The notes under the pieces: generated by a model
Databases searched by the model: none
Told to the model about the DNA's origin: nothing
The model's input: the letters and a program-made list of their open reading frames with translations, nothing else
Source of the DNA: Massalongia carnosa
Taxonomy: Eukaryota
Direction: 5' to 3'
Assembly: GCA_965645245.1 (NCBI GenBank)
Contig: OZ287074.1
Span: forward strand, 1,116,001 to 1,180,000
Length of the DNA stretch: 64,000 bases
Position numbers and translations under genes: made by a program
Shown here: positions 48,833 to 61,547 of the stretch, one piece after another
Layout: the number at the start of each line of letters is the position of its first letter
Numbering within the stretch: position 1 is the first letter of the stretch

Positions 48833-50895
48833 ATGGCGGGATTATTCGAACAACCCAGAAACGCTGGCACATTGTGTAAGTTGAACCTCTTATTCTGTTG
48901 TCTTGTTTAGACTAACGCATTATTTTTAGTCCTTGGTGGACAAAAAATCAGCGGCGCAGATATACGAGATCAAAATGGTTTGTCCTTATCGCTGTGCCGT
49001 TGAAAAAAATCTTTATGCTAATGTGGATCTAGTTCTTGCCACACAAGCTATCGCCAATGTTGTTAAGAGCTCTTTCGGTCCTTCGGGATTGGATAAAATG
49101 ATGGTTGATGATATCGGAGTAAGGGATGCTCTGCACGGTACGACGTTCTTGCTGAGATCAAGCAGGATGTAACGGTGACAAATGATGGTGCTACTATATT
49201 ATCCCTGCTCGATGTAGAGCATCCTGCTGGGAAAATACTCGTGGATTTGGCGCAACAGCAGGATAAGGAGGTTAGTTCATTGGCATTTGATATAGCACTT
49301 TGTCCTGATCAAACGCAGGTTGGAGACGGGACGACTTCTGTTGTGATAATAGCAGCAGAGCTACTCCGGCGCGCCAACGAGCTTGTGAAAAACCGTATAC
49401 ATCCGACCACAATCATAACAGGCTACCGGTTAGCGCTGCGGGAAGCTGTCAAGTACATGAATGAAAATATCAGCACCAAGGTTGAACACCTTGGCAGAGA
49501 ATCCCTCATAAATATAGCAAAAACTTCTATGTCAAGCAAAATTATCGGATCAGACTCGGAGTTTTTTTCAAATATGGTGGTGGATGCGATGCAATCGGTC
49601 AAGTCGACAAACAATAGGAACGAGTCCAAATACCCTGTAAAAGCTGTGAATGTTCTCAAAGCTCATGGAAAGAGCTCCCTGGAGTCAGTCTTGGTTAAAG
49701 GATATGCATTAAATTGCACGGTGGCGTCGCAGGCAATGAAGACAAGGATTATTGATGCGAAGATCGCATGCTTAGATATGAATCTGCAAAAAGAGCGAAT
49801 GAAGCTTGGTGTACATATTACGATAGACGACCCACAGCAGCTAGAACAAATACGGCAGCGGGAGGTAGGCATGGTGATGGAGCGGGTGGAGCTGATACTG
49901 AAAGCTGGCGCGAACGTTGTTCTGACTACTAAAGGTATTGATGATTTAGTACTCAAACTCTTCATCGAAAAGGGAGCCATGGCAGTCCGAAGATGCAAGA
50001 AGGAAGATCTTCGACGGATAGCGAAGGCCACCGGTGCCACCCTAGTAAGCTCCTTGTCTGACTTGAACGGCGACGAAAAGTTTGAGGCTGCCTCCTTGGG
50101 GCATGCAGAAGAGGTATCTCAAGAGCGAATATCAGATGATGAGTGCATAATTGTCAGGGGTACCAAGCTGCACACCTCGGCATCGATTATTTTACGAGGT
50201 TCAAATGACTACCAACTTGATGAAATGGAGCGATCCATCCATGACTCGTTATCAGCCGTGAAACGTACCCTCGAGAGTGGCAGCATAGTCCCAGGTGGCG
50301 GAGCCGTTGAAACCGCCCTACACATCTACCTCGAAGAATTCGCCGTCACAGTGGTACGTGTACTCGCCATTTTGGGTTTCCCGTCTCTGATTTTGGCTAA
50401 ATTTACTTCTTTCTCTAGGGCTCTAGAGAACAACTTGCGATTGGCGAGTTCGCGCAATCTCTCCTCATCATTCCTCGCACCCTCGCCGTCAATGCTGCAA
50501 AGGACAGTTCGGAACTTGTGGCACAGCTCCGTTCCTGGCATGCCTCGTCGCAACGCATCCGCGACGAAATCTCCGCCCCTTCGCCCTCATCACCTTCTGC
50601 ACCCAGCAGCCCCAGCAAGACCAAAAACCATCCTGGCAGCTCCGCAGCCAAGGAGAAAGAGGCCGCGGAGAAGCTGATCGCGAAGCGAAAGAACTACAAG
50701 AATTACGGCCTGGATCTTACGCGGGGGAAGGTCGTGGATCAGATACGCGCGGGGGTGTTGGAGCCGAGCATGAGCAAGGTGAAGCAGCTGAAGAGCGCGG
50801 TGGAAGCGTGCATCGCGGTCATGAGGATTGATACGCTGATCAAGCTAGATCCGGAACAGCGGGGCGGCGGTGGGGATGATGGGCATGGGCATTGA
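48833..50895 (+). CDS. TCP1: T-complex protein 1 subunit alpha (CCT1)
   Basis: [46 protein letters not shown] and [11 protein letters not shown] motifs; about 5 introns. Confidence 0.96.
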
Positions 50896-51490
50896 TGAAT
50901 GGCAAGGGGTGCAGCGAAAAACTAGTAGCTGCAAGAGGAGAAAATAAACGTCTTCGACGCCAAACTACCGTGATGAAAGGATTTGCTCGAGTGCTGCTAA
51001 TCCTTTCGTACAAAACCCCTTTCGCTGGAGCGGAAAACGCCATGAACCAGCACCTACTCTGTACGTAAATCTTTCAATCAAATCAAGCTCCTCCAGGTCA
51101 TCGCTTTTGACAGGCGAACTGAAGCGCTAAATCTAATTGGGGGATGTCCGTTCGATCCCAAACACTGGTCTAACTTGGTCGTCCGAAAATTCGGTCGAAA
51201 ATATATTAGTCATCATGCGCTAGCCTCATCTAGCTTCTATTGAATGGGTTGTAATTCGGGCGAGGAAGAGGGCTAGATTAGCAATCCGGGTCTTTTGCAG
51301 AGGCGATGGCTTTTGTTCATCCTTTCGGCCCTTTGAGAGGTTAACTGCGCATTCCTACTACATTCAGAGTACATATATGGGATCGTCCGCAGACAATATT
51401 GCTTTCCCTTGTCGTGAACAATATATAAGACTCGAATGAAAGACCATTTCACTTTGCTGAAAAGAGCTGTTTTCGAGTCTTTCGCTAGTT

Positions 51491-52819
51491 ATGGATCCAG
51501 CTCCAGAACCCAAGTCCCTCCTAGGCAGGCATCGCCTGCTCTCCCCTTCTGCTGGTGTCAGAGTGAGCCCTCTCGCCCTTGGAGAGATGAATTTTGTTGA
51601 TGCATGATAAAGTTCTCTTCTTAGGCATCACTCGCCCTTGATGGCTGAACAGGATCCTCCAGGGCCCCTTTCATGGGTGCTTTGAGCAAATCTGAAGTCT
51701 TCGAGTTGCTCGAATTCTTCTACGAGCAGGGCGGCAATTTCATCGATACGGCCAATAACTACCAAGCCGAGCAATCCGAACTTTAGATAGGTGAATGGCT
51801 CGTCTCTCGCCCTGGTCTGTGCGATCAAATGATCATCGCCACAAAATACACCAGCACCTTCACTACCCACAAGGGCTACAAGGGCTACAAGGGCGACATC
51901 AATCATTCAGCCTTCAGCGGCAAAAATGCTTAATCGCTCCGCGTCAGTCTTGACGCCTCGTTGCGCAAGCTTCAAACTGACTACATTGACATCTTCTACG
52001 TCCATTGGTGGGACTTCGCCACCAGCATCCCTAAAGTTATGCTCGCCCTAAAAGACATGGTCCACCAGGACAAAGTGCTATATCTCGACGTCAGCGACAC
52101 CCCCGCTTGGGTTGTCAGCAAAGCAAATGATTATACGCGTAGCCACGGCCTACGGCACTTCATCGTCTACCAAGGTCGCTGGAGCGCCGCCAACCGAGAT
52201 TTCGAACGCGAGATTCTAGGCATGTGCGCGGCCGAGGGGATGGGTCTTGCGCTCTGGAGTGCCCTAGGTGGCAGCAAATTCAAGGACGAGAAGCAGCGCG
52301 AGGCCACCAAGGGTGAAGGCAGGCAGCTCGGTTGGCCGAGGGAAAAAGACATCAAAGTCAGCGGGGTATTAGAGGAAGTCGCAAAAGCCAAGGACACGGC
52401 CATCACGAGCGTAGCGTTGGCCTACGTGCTGCACAAAGCTCCTTGGATTTTTCCCATTGTGGGCGGCCGCAAGATCGAGCATTTAAAGGGCAATATCGAG
52501 GCCTTGGGGCTGGAGCTAAGCGAGGAGGACATGGCGCGGATCGAGGGCGCGGTCGACTTCGATGTTGGCTTCCCGTTGAATTTCCTGAGCCGCAAAGTTA
52601 AGGGCCCGGGTAATGTCTGGTTCTCTGAGCCTGGTGGCAGGTTCGATTATGTGGAGGCGCCGCCGGTGAGTTTCATTTTCCTTCTTTCCTTATTTCTCGG
52701 ACCTTGTTTTGGCCAGGAGTTCATGGGTGATCAGGCAGTTGTTGTTTTTGTTGATGCTGACTCCGGTTTTTTATCAGCCGATTCGTCCACACAAACCAAT
52801 GCCATTACTAAATCTCTGA
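51491..52819 (+). pseudogene. Aldo-keto reductase (aryl-alcohol dehydrogenase/NorA-like) pseudogene
   Basis: [40 protein letters not shown] and IVGGRKIEHLKGN motifs; in-frame TAG at 51784, TAA at 51931, first donor GT changed to AT at 51607. Confidence 0.88.
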
Positions 52820-53086
52820 GGCATCGCGGAAAAGATGGGGAAGGATCAAATACGAAGTTAAACTGGTCATGGTTCTAGACTCGACACGAACGAGCCATGC
52901 ATGGTAAAGATCTGCGCTGCAGAAAATTTAGTTACCAGAATTAGCAGGGAAAAAAGCCCCAGGCGATGAAGAACAGATTTAAGAAAGGTCATCTCTCATC
53001 CCAGATCTCAATCCATTGAAAATCAAAAGTGTTCTTTCTCCCTGGTTCCTTAAATAGAATAAAACGAAACAAAATGAATGAATAAC

Positions 53087-54585
53087 CCGAAGAGAATTGC
53101 AAGACTCTGGAGTCAATATACAGACAATGCGAAAAGTGGGCTTCACGACACGGATCTCTATTCGCTCCTACGAAGTACGAACTCATTCACTTGTCTAGAA
53201 ATCCCAAAAGATTCAATATGGCTGCATCTATCAACATTGCAAGTACCAAAATTGAACCAAAAACGGACATTAGAGTCTTAGGCTTGCAAATTGACACCAA
53301 ATTGAAATGGGGACCGCACGTTCGCAAAACGCAAAAGAAAATGGTTAAACAATCCATGGCATTGACAAAAATCTCCACATTGACTTGGGGTGCCACCTTC
53401 ACCAAAGCAAGGCAAGTTTACAGCGCCGTAGTGCGTCCGGTCATGACATACGGGTCAACCGTATGGCACATGCCCAAAGAAGTCAAAAAGTCAAAAACGT
53501 CAACGAGCAAGCTCTCCGTTATGCAAAACAATTGCCTTCGCACCATAGCCGGTGCCTTTAAAGCCACTCCCATTCCAGTTCTTGAAGCAGAGACATACAT
53601 AGCACCCATAGATGTACACCTCGACACGCCACAGGCGCAGGCCAGACATCGACTCCGAGCTGGAGGTCAATCGAAGGTCATTTCTTCCGCATGCAGCAAA
53701 ATAGTTAATAAACTCCGAGGCAAGGCAGGTCGCAAACGCCTTCAAAAATCCACTCCGGGAGAGCTGAAGCACATCTGGGCCAAAAACCTACTGATCGACG
53801 CAAAAATCGTTCAACCACCCAAAGCACACCCACCATGGTCCGACCCCTCCCTAGCGCATCTCCGCGAAGTCTCCGTAGCAGCGTTGGCTCGTCAAAAACA
53901 AATGCAGACAATTAAATCACGACAGCTGAAAGTCTGGAACGACTCGTGGAGCGCATATCAAAATCGCGTCGCCGAACCCTCCATAGCGCAATCAGTCCCA
54001 CTGAGCAAAAAACGACTGAAAATACACACGCTGCTAAAAAAGGCAGAAAGCGCCCTGACAACACAGATCCGCACCGGTAAGATCGGTCTAGCCGACTTCC
54101 TCTACCAGCGACGGGTCCCCGCCGTCACCTCACCGGCCTGCCCATGTGGCTGGCACAGACAAACTCTAGAACACGTAATTATGTTCTGTAGACTTATTGA
54201 CAATAGAGAACAGATGTTTCGCGCCGCTGGCACGAACAACTATCAACAGCTGACCGAAACATCAAAAACTCTAAAGATATTAACTACTTGGCTAATGAAA
54301 ACAGGTCTACTGACCCAATTCTCACTGGCATCTACACTATTGTACAATTAACAGTAGTTTCACTTCTCTTTTCCTTCTTATCTCACAAGGCGTCACAGTT
54401 CTCACATGATTTTCGCTCTGCGTCTCCTGTCCGACGTCGACCCGGTGTCACATCGGACAGGTATCAAGGGATATGGTTTTTACACCTGAAAAAGGTTTTC
54501 CATGTAACATAACTTAGACAGCTTTGCCCGCGTGGGCCGGCCTACGGCCGGTGACATATCGGAGTATGAATACATCATCATCATC
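53087..54585 (+). mobile_element. 5'-truncated non-LTR retrotransposon (Tad1-like LINE)
   Basis: Open frame 53086-54351 with RT C-terminal motifs (FAPTKYELIH, RVLGLQID.KL.W, YSAVVRPVMTYG) and C-terminal CPCG...TLEHVIMFC zinc knuckle; (CAT)n tail; 13-bp TSD ATGAATGAATAAC at 53074-53086 and 54586-54598. Confidence 0.93.
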
Positions 54586-55544
54586 ATGAATGAATAACGA
54601 ATAGACCGAACCACATCTTCTTTCCTAACCAATTCAAACACAAAATCACCCTTTTCCTCTCCTTTTTCCCTTTTCTTTCCTATCATCATACGTCCTCGCT
54701 CGTTCCGCAAACTCCCTACTCCCCTCCTCGACTTACGTTTGCTTATTTATCTATCTTCCCTGTCTCATTTCCTCGCCCTTAACTCCTCATCGCCCGCTTG
54801 CTCTGCAAATTATGCTACTTCGCTTCACTTCACTTCTCAGCTTAGCCATCTCTTTCTGTTCTTTTCTATATATCCAGCAATAATAAATATTCGCAGACGA
54901 GAGAGAGACAAACGAGGTTTTTTTTTGGCATACGTTTCAATTAGATGTCTTATTGCTTTTTTTGTTCATGCTCATGCTTATCTCGATTCTCCAATACTGT
55001 TCTTCTCGTCGATTATCTTCTTTCTTCCTCTTCTCTCAATTTTTCTCTTTTCGTCTCTCCTCGCCTCGGTTTTTTGATCGATACATATACATAATTCATT
55101 CATGATACTCGACCAGTACTACAAAGCAAACCGACGAACAAGTGTGCAAGCTGATAAACAAACCTCTTTGCTTTCTTTATGTTTGTTTGTTTCTCAGTGT
55201 TTGAGATAGTTGGGGGGGTTGAGGAATTTCCGTTTCTGTATCTAGTTTTTAGAAGAAGAAATCAGGCATAATTTTGATTTCTTTCTTTCACTCTTCGTTC
55301 ATTCATTCGTAGATCTGTTAATCAAAACAATGGGATTCATCGATTGATAAATACATCAATCATCTGTAAAGCTAGGGAAGGCTCTCTTCTAGAATTAATC
55401 GTACCTACACGAGTTCGAGTGCTACGTCATTCTGGGTCTAGAGTATATTCCCCTTAATGGCGAGACGACTATAATGTTAACCAAGAGGTCATGAGTTATA
55501 TTCTTCAAGGAAGACCATTCAGGCCGTTTTCACACATAGAGTGG

Positions 55545-55583
55545 ATGATGAAAACCATGATGAAAACCATGATGAAAACCATG
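55545..55583. repeat. 12-bp tandem repeat (atgatgaaaacc) x3
   Basis: Directly visible. Confidence 0.9.
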
Positions 55584-56083
55584 CTGCGTTCGTCATGACA
55601 ATGACAATCCACATTGTTGAAGCGCCCACCCTCCACTGGACGGAGAAGTCTTCATTGACTTACCAAATGGGGCAAACATGCAAGTTAAGGATTATAATAC
55701 CGGAGAAGAGACAGTCACCGGAGAGCAGAAAATGCTAGTGAAAAACCGAGGGTTCCCGTGCCGCTCTAGTTTTTGAAACCGGAAAGTCTTCGTTTTTCCT
55801 ACATATTCAACAGAGCGATTGGTGCCGCTAAAGACTTGAGAATGATAAGGCGGATTTTAGGTGCAGTTGACAAGGAAATCTGGAGAAGAAAGAAGTCAAG
55901 TTCCCATTCGATCGATAATATAGTCCACGTGAGGCTTTGAAACATCCCTATGCTCTTAGCAGTATTGCCGTGTGCTCTGTTTTCAAAGATGTTGAACTAT
56001 ATATCTCCACTTTTCTTCCATTTTCTTCTGCTTCGTTGGATGCGGCATACCTTTTGGGCCTTTTTTTTTTGGAAAGTTTCCCA

Positions 56084-56848
56084 ATGTCAACAATGCACTT
56101 TTCGCTCGTCTTCATCGTTGCAGCTCTATCGAGGACAATTGCTAAACCAATACTCCCGTCTGAGGCCGACGACTTCAATTTTTTCGACATATCTGGTGGA
56201 GTTACCGTCGCAGCTACAGATACAATCCCGACGGGCGATGAATATCCCTTGCCGGCTGACACTGGCAGCTTCTCTTCGACCAGCAGGGATCATAGTATAG
56301 CTCGCGAGGACCTGTCTTCTGTGAATATTCTTGATGTGGACACGTCTGCGATCGATCTGCCAATCCCAACCCACGGAGAACTTTACACCCAAGAGCCACA
56401 ACTGAATCAACGCGGAGTGGAGACCGACTTTTACCGCTCCATTAGAGATTGTGGCGAATGGCCTTGTTTTCCGAGTCGCGGCAACAACCCCGGCTCGGAA
56501 TGGGAGTATGGCTGTTGCGACTTTACGTATGAGCAACCTCCGGATGATTATGACATGGGCCAGGATGGATGCAAAGATTGTACGACAATCCACCTGCCAC
56601 TTTCTGTTGTTGGCTGATTTATTGCATTGACTGTTTACCTTACAGGGAAAGACCATAAGGATTGTCCCAGAAACAAGGTCTACGTGTGTGAACCGATGAC
56701 TGTGAGTCTTCATTCCCGTTAATAAAACGCAGCAACGACAAGCTTGTGCCATTGTACCAACTTTTAATGACTGGCTTAGCCTCAATTGTTGTCCTCGGTC
56801 ACTTATAACTGCAAACCGGGATGCCCGTTAGAGCCCTGGAGCGCGGTA
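56084..56848 (+). CDS. Small secreted protein with Cys-rich C-terminus (effector-like)
   Basis: MSTMHFSLVFIVAALSRTIAKP signal-peptide-like start, acidic S/T/D-rich middle, CGEWPC..GCC..GC|..CP...VC; GT-AG introns from ~56580 and ~56702; last exon uncertain. Confidence 0.6.
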
Positions 56849-57807
56849 GAGAAGGAACCGGAGAGCAAACATTGCCAAGTGCCTGGGGTTAAGAGTGCCG
56901 GCGGAATTCCTCCTACAATGTAAACTTATAAGGACCGGAGCGGAGAAGGGACAAAGGAAGGCGGATGATGAGCAGCAGCTGTTCTGCATGATCGCTTGGC
57001 CAAAAGCGAGAAGTATAATCATCGGTTACAGGAACACTGATCGTGGACGAAACCTCACTCCCCTTCAAGATTACCCCTATTCCATATATACTTCAAAAAT
57101 TCATGATCCATTTCCCACCGTCAAATTAGCCTTCCGTCCCCGTTAAATATTGAAGCCCCTCCACCTTTGCCTGCTCATCCCAGATCAGGAGCTCTGGGAA
57201 ATATCTGAATATATGTTATAGATGATCCTGCCATAGTTGCAATCCTTTCCCATGCTGCTAACTCCACCCCCTCTAATCAACAATGCTACACCCATCCCTC
57301 AAAGACCTGATAAACAACCTCCAGAAAAGCCAAGCCAAACACTCCAACCACTAATCCCAAATCGCTATTCTGCAACATGCCTTCTTGGATTTCCCAATCG
57401 GCATGAATGAACTCCACACACTTAGCCATGATCCCGTCCAGAAATCGTGATTGAAGCCAAAATAAAATGTAAACGTGAAAATCATACTTTTCGGAAGATC
57501 TTAACCCGTCTCTTCCTTAAGTCGGAGCTTCTCGTGATGATGAAGCTCTGTCCATTCCTCCTCTCCCTTTCGTTCCTTGCGTCAATCTAGTTACTTATCT
57601 ACCTTCTCGTTCGTTTTCGTAACGGAGATTAAAGAGAAAGACGAAGAAAACATAAGATTGTAGATTTTCCATCAAACGTTAGAACCAAAGATCCGCAAAG
57701 ATCCACGAATGCTCGAAGTTTCGCACCCCTTACGAGTGGACGGGGGAAATCCCATAACAGTATAAGAAAAGGACTACTTACCTATTTCTATAACCGTCTC
57801 CTACGTG

Positions 57808-57888
57808 CACTTGTGTCGTCCAGAAGTGCTAGGTTTTTTATACACTAACCCCAGCAAAAAAACCGAGCACTTCTGAGCGACACGACTA
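57808..57888. mobile_element. ~80-bp inverted repeat, MITE-like
   Basis: gtgtcgtccagaagtgctaggtttttt ... aaaaaaccgagcacttctgagcgacac: ~27-bp arms with 3 mismatches around a ~17-bp spacer; TA beyond the right arm. Confidence 0.55.
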
Positions 57889-58752
57889 TATCCTGGCCCG
57901 AATGTCCCGTTTCGAGGCTCTTTCGCGCGCAGGCCCAAGAACAGTCCCCATTTAATGGACCTCGATCCATCTCCGCCTGCCATCTTGTATGTGGCTTGTT
58001 GGCTTAGCTTGGCTTCTTGCTCCGGTTGCCGGTGAGTGATTGAGGTTATGCGAGAACCAAGAGCCAAGAACCAAGAGCCAAGAGAGAGAGAGGGAGAGAG
58101 TAAGTGAGCGAGTGAGTGAGAAAGAGAGAGTTGGCTTTTGTACAGAGAAAGCCCGAGCAAATGAGTCTATGGGTGCCATTGATGTATTAGTTTAATGTTG
58201 CGGGAAGACGGGTTGACTTAGCAAGTGATGAAGAAGATGGTTTCGGTTGAGTGAACCTATGAGTAGCTGTCCAGATGATGAACGCGGTAGTCTTTGTTGA
58301 TTTAAAATGTGCATTAATGCTGAAACAAGGCACAATATTCTCAGGAATGTACTTTGAAATCGGTTCGTGTGCAACTCTCGTAAAGCTTGAGGGTTTTTGT
58401 AGGAGTTATTTTTATTATCAAGCTTGAGGAGCAAGGTTAAAATATCAAGAATACGATGACAAACATATAGCATGCGCCAGGGCCAATTTATGTATTTTAT
58501 ATACAGTATAAACATGGCCAGTGTTTAAGGTGTGAAAAACTGCTGCCAAAATAATTTCTACTCGCTGTCATACATTGACGTATGGGGTATAAAATGATGC
58601 AAATACGGGATAAACAGCGATGAGCAAATATCGACAAGAAAGCAAAAGTCCGCCCATAATCGGCCTGGACTCCAAGATTGACGAGAAGGAGTAATAGCGA
58701 TGCAAGAGCCGCTCATCGCAACATGAGATGGGGCCAAGAACTCAACAGCCGT

Positions 58753-60645
58753 TTAGGGACCGAGTCCTCTTGGAGGCCCGACGCCTTCGCCTTCTCCTTC
58801 GATAGTTCTTCTCCAATACTCTGGCAAACAGACGCAAACAAGCTAAGTACGTTAGCTGAGCACCAAAGGACTGATCAAGTATTTGACATACCGGAAATGC
58901 CTTAATCTCTCCACTTGGGGGAGGCGACTCTCCCTTCCTACCAGAACCATTGGAGACCCCGCTATCCCTTTGTATTTTGTGCTTCCCGTCAAAGTTTTCG
59001 GCGCGATCATTAACTCGTACCCCGGTCGCCCATCCATCATCCCAGATACCGACAACCTTTAGCATGTCGCCTCTCTCGAGCTCGAACTCATCTCCAGCAC
59101 GTGGCTGGTAGGCCCAGAGCGTCGCCACCTTATCATTGGGGTGAATCTCATCCTGCGAGTAGTAATCTTTGAAGGATGGGAGCTGCTCCGATTGTCCACT
59201 GGCGACACCTTCAGGAGATGAAAATTGACCTCCGCTGCCTCCTGATAGTGGGGAACTGGGATCATCGAGTCCTCCAAGCACGGATTGGCTGGACAGCGAT
59301 CCATTTCTTCTCCCAGTAATCGGAGGTGCTCCTACGCCCCGCGACTCAGGGGTGTCCCCATAAGCCTCGGATTCCGAGGTGTCTCCAAAAGGCCGATGAC
59401 TAGCTCCAGCTACGCCAGCGATGGCTGGTGATCCCGGAGATCTTGAGTCGCTGGATATATTTTCTAAAGCCGACATCCTTGCCACGCGTCCCTCCGGCGG
59501 AGCCTCGATCCCCGGCTGAGTAGGTTGATTGCCATTTCGTGGAACGAACACCATGCCGGGTTGAACATTTCGTTGTGGGGTGGGTTGATTGAAGGTGCTC
59601 CTATGGTTGCTTTTCCGCCGCCTACGAAGACAGATCAGGCAAAGAAGAAGCATGCCTATAAGTAAAGCGGCTCCTAAAATGGAGCCAACTACAATCCCTG
59701 CTATTTTTCCACCCGAAAGGCCGTGGTGCTTCGATAGAGGAGCAGCTCCGGAGGTGTTATTTGCTGAAGAATTGTTAGACGTCGGCGATGGAAACAGCAG
59801 GGGAACTGGAAAGATCGATGGCAACGTTACGTGCTGGCATCGGCTTGTCACGTTCGAAGTGACGCAGCAGGAGTCTGTTGCGTTCGGGGAACTCAACGCG
59901 CAGTAGCCACAGAGGCCCTGAAGATTTGTAGAAAAGCCACACTCGGCTGACTCGTTCTCCTCTCCAGTTATACATCCTGCGCTTAATGAGTCACTTGGCA
60001 GTGCACAGTTGGTAAAGTCGGCCCGGATTTGGTCAAGATAGCTTTGCCTTGGCTTCCCACAAAGCTGATCGTTCATTACGATTTGTTCCTCACTGGTAGC
60101 TTGTTGAGCCTGTGCAATGTCAGCGGGAGAACCCTATAGTCTCAGAGTCTACTCACACAAGATTCGGCACATAAAGGTTTCGAGTCAGCGCTGGACAGGG
60201 CACAAGGTTTTACAGAATTTTGTACAATGCTATTACATATTACGCTTGTCGTATATCGGGCATAAAGATTAGATGTGTTCTTAAGGTTAATATTATTACA
60301 ACCGAGAAGCTGTTGATACCTAAAAACATGTTAATTGGGGTGATCTAGTATGTACCTTAGCAAACGTACTTCGTTTGGACATAATTCGACGTGATGTATA
60401 AACCCAGCCGCTCGTCAAACTGCTGGGCGGTGGAAACAAATTCAAGAAAAGGGCTGCGATCAATCAGCATATCCACGTTAACCCAGAGATTGTCCAACTT
60501 CTTACAATAACGAGGTGAGCTCGGGTCCGGTGGATATCGATGATGTATTGAAAGCCAAACATAACGTGGAGCCTGCAAGAGGAATACAGGTCTCTGCAAA
60601 GGCGATGGCAAAAGCTGAAATCATAAGCAGTATCGGTGATTTCAT
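58753..60645 (-). CDS. Type I membrane protein: signal peptide, Cys-rich ectodomain, TM helix, cytosolic SH3 domain
   Basis: MKSPILLMISAFAIAFAETC start; many Cys; GLSGGKIAGIVVG...CLRRRR TM; ATLWAYQPRAGDEFELERGDMLKVVGIWDDGWATG SH3; about 4 introns. Confidence 0.85.
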
Positions 60646-61547
60646 GCTTGCGATTATGTCGTCTCTTTGCCCATCAGCTTCCCCTCCCCGGCCTCCTCAA
60701 AGGTCCTTCTTCCACGCGTTTATCCCAGTCCACTCCCCTCGTTGTCCTGCTCTTCAACGCATTACAATAAGGCCGTAGCCGTCTCCTCGTACTCCTTCTC
60801 TGATCGGTTTGTTTTGTGCAATTAAGATAAGAAGATGGTCGAGTTGTGTTGATCGCTTGAAATAGCTGAGTGTTGTACGGTGCGGTACCCCAAAAGCCGC
60901 TCTCATGGAAAACAAAAGGAATGCCAGGTCAAAGCTGTATGATAAAACGAGCGACAGGGAATGAGCGACGAAGAGATGCAGGAAGAACAAGTGCAGAGGA
61001 AAGCGCAACGGGAGAGTTAAGGTGTGGTGGGAAAGATCCTTCGTGGTTGGGGTCACCTCAGGAGATGGCCTGTGTATGACGCTAATTTAAAATGATCAGC
61101 CACCACCAGTAAAGCCAAACGTCGAGGTAGTTCTGAGAATGAGGGTGAGAAAAAGAGTTGAACATCCATCAATCTTCCGAACTGGATAATTATAGTACAG
61201 AGAGACGAGTAAGACCTACGTGAGCACCTTGATTACCTACTCCGTAACTACTCTGCAGGATGTGTTGTTACATGTGCAGAGCATCGATGGTGTACTCTGT
61301 ACACGAGATATTGCGTATTATCACGTATCCAATCAAACTTACGGATAGGTGCCGAGGTCCCGACATTTTATGGATACGACGTATTCTCCATGTCCTCTTC
61401 TTAAAACTTTGGATCCGATAATGTTGAATACACCACGCTAATCGAATACAGAGTACTATAGATAAGTAGTATATTGTCATTCAGTGGAGCGTTGGTGGAA
61501 AAGTACCAGACGTCGTGAATGCAAGAACCCTTTCATGACTGTCAACT

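Noticed and set aside
54600..55260. Hydrophobic 112-aa ORF (54739-55077) in CT-rich sequence
   Set aside because: Low-complexity pyrimidine tract gives spurious F/L/S-rich translation
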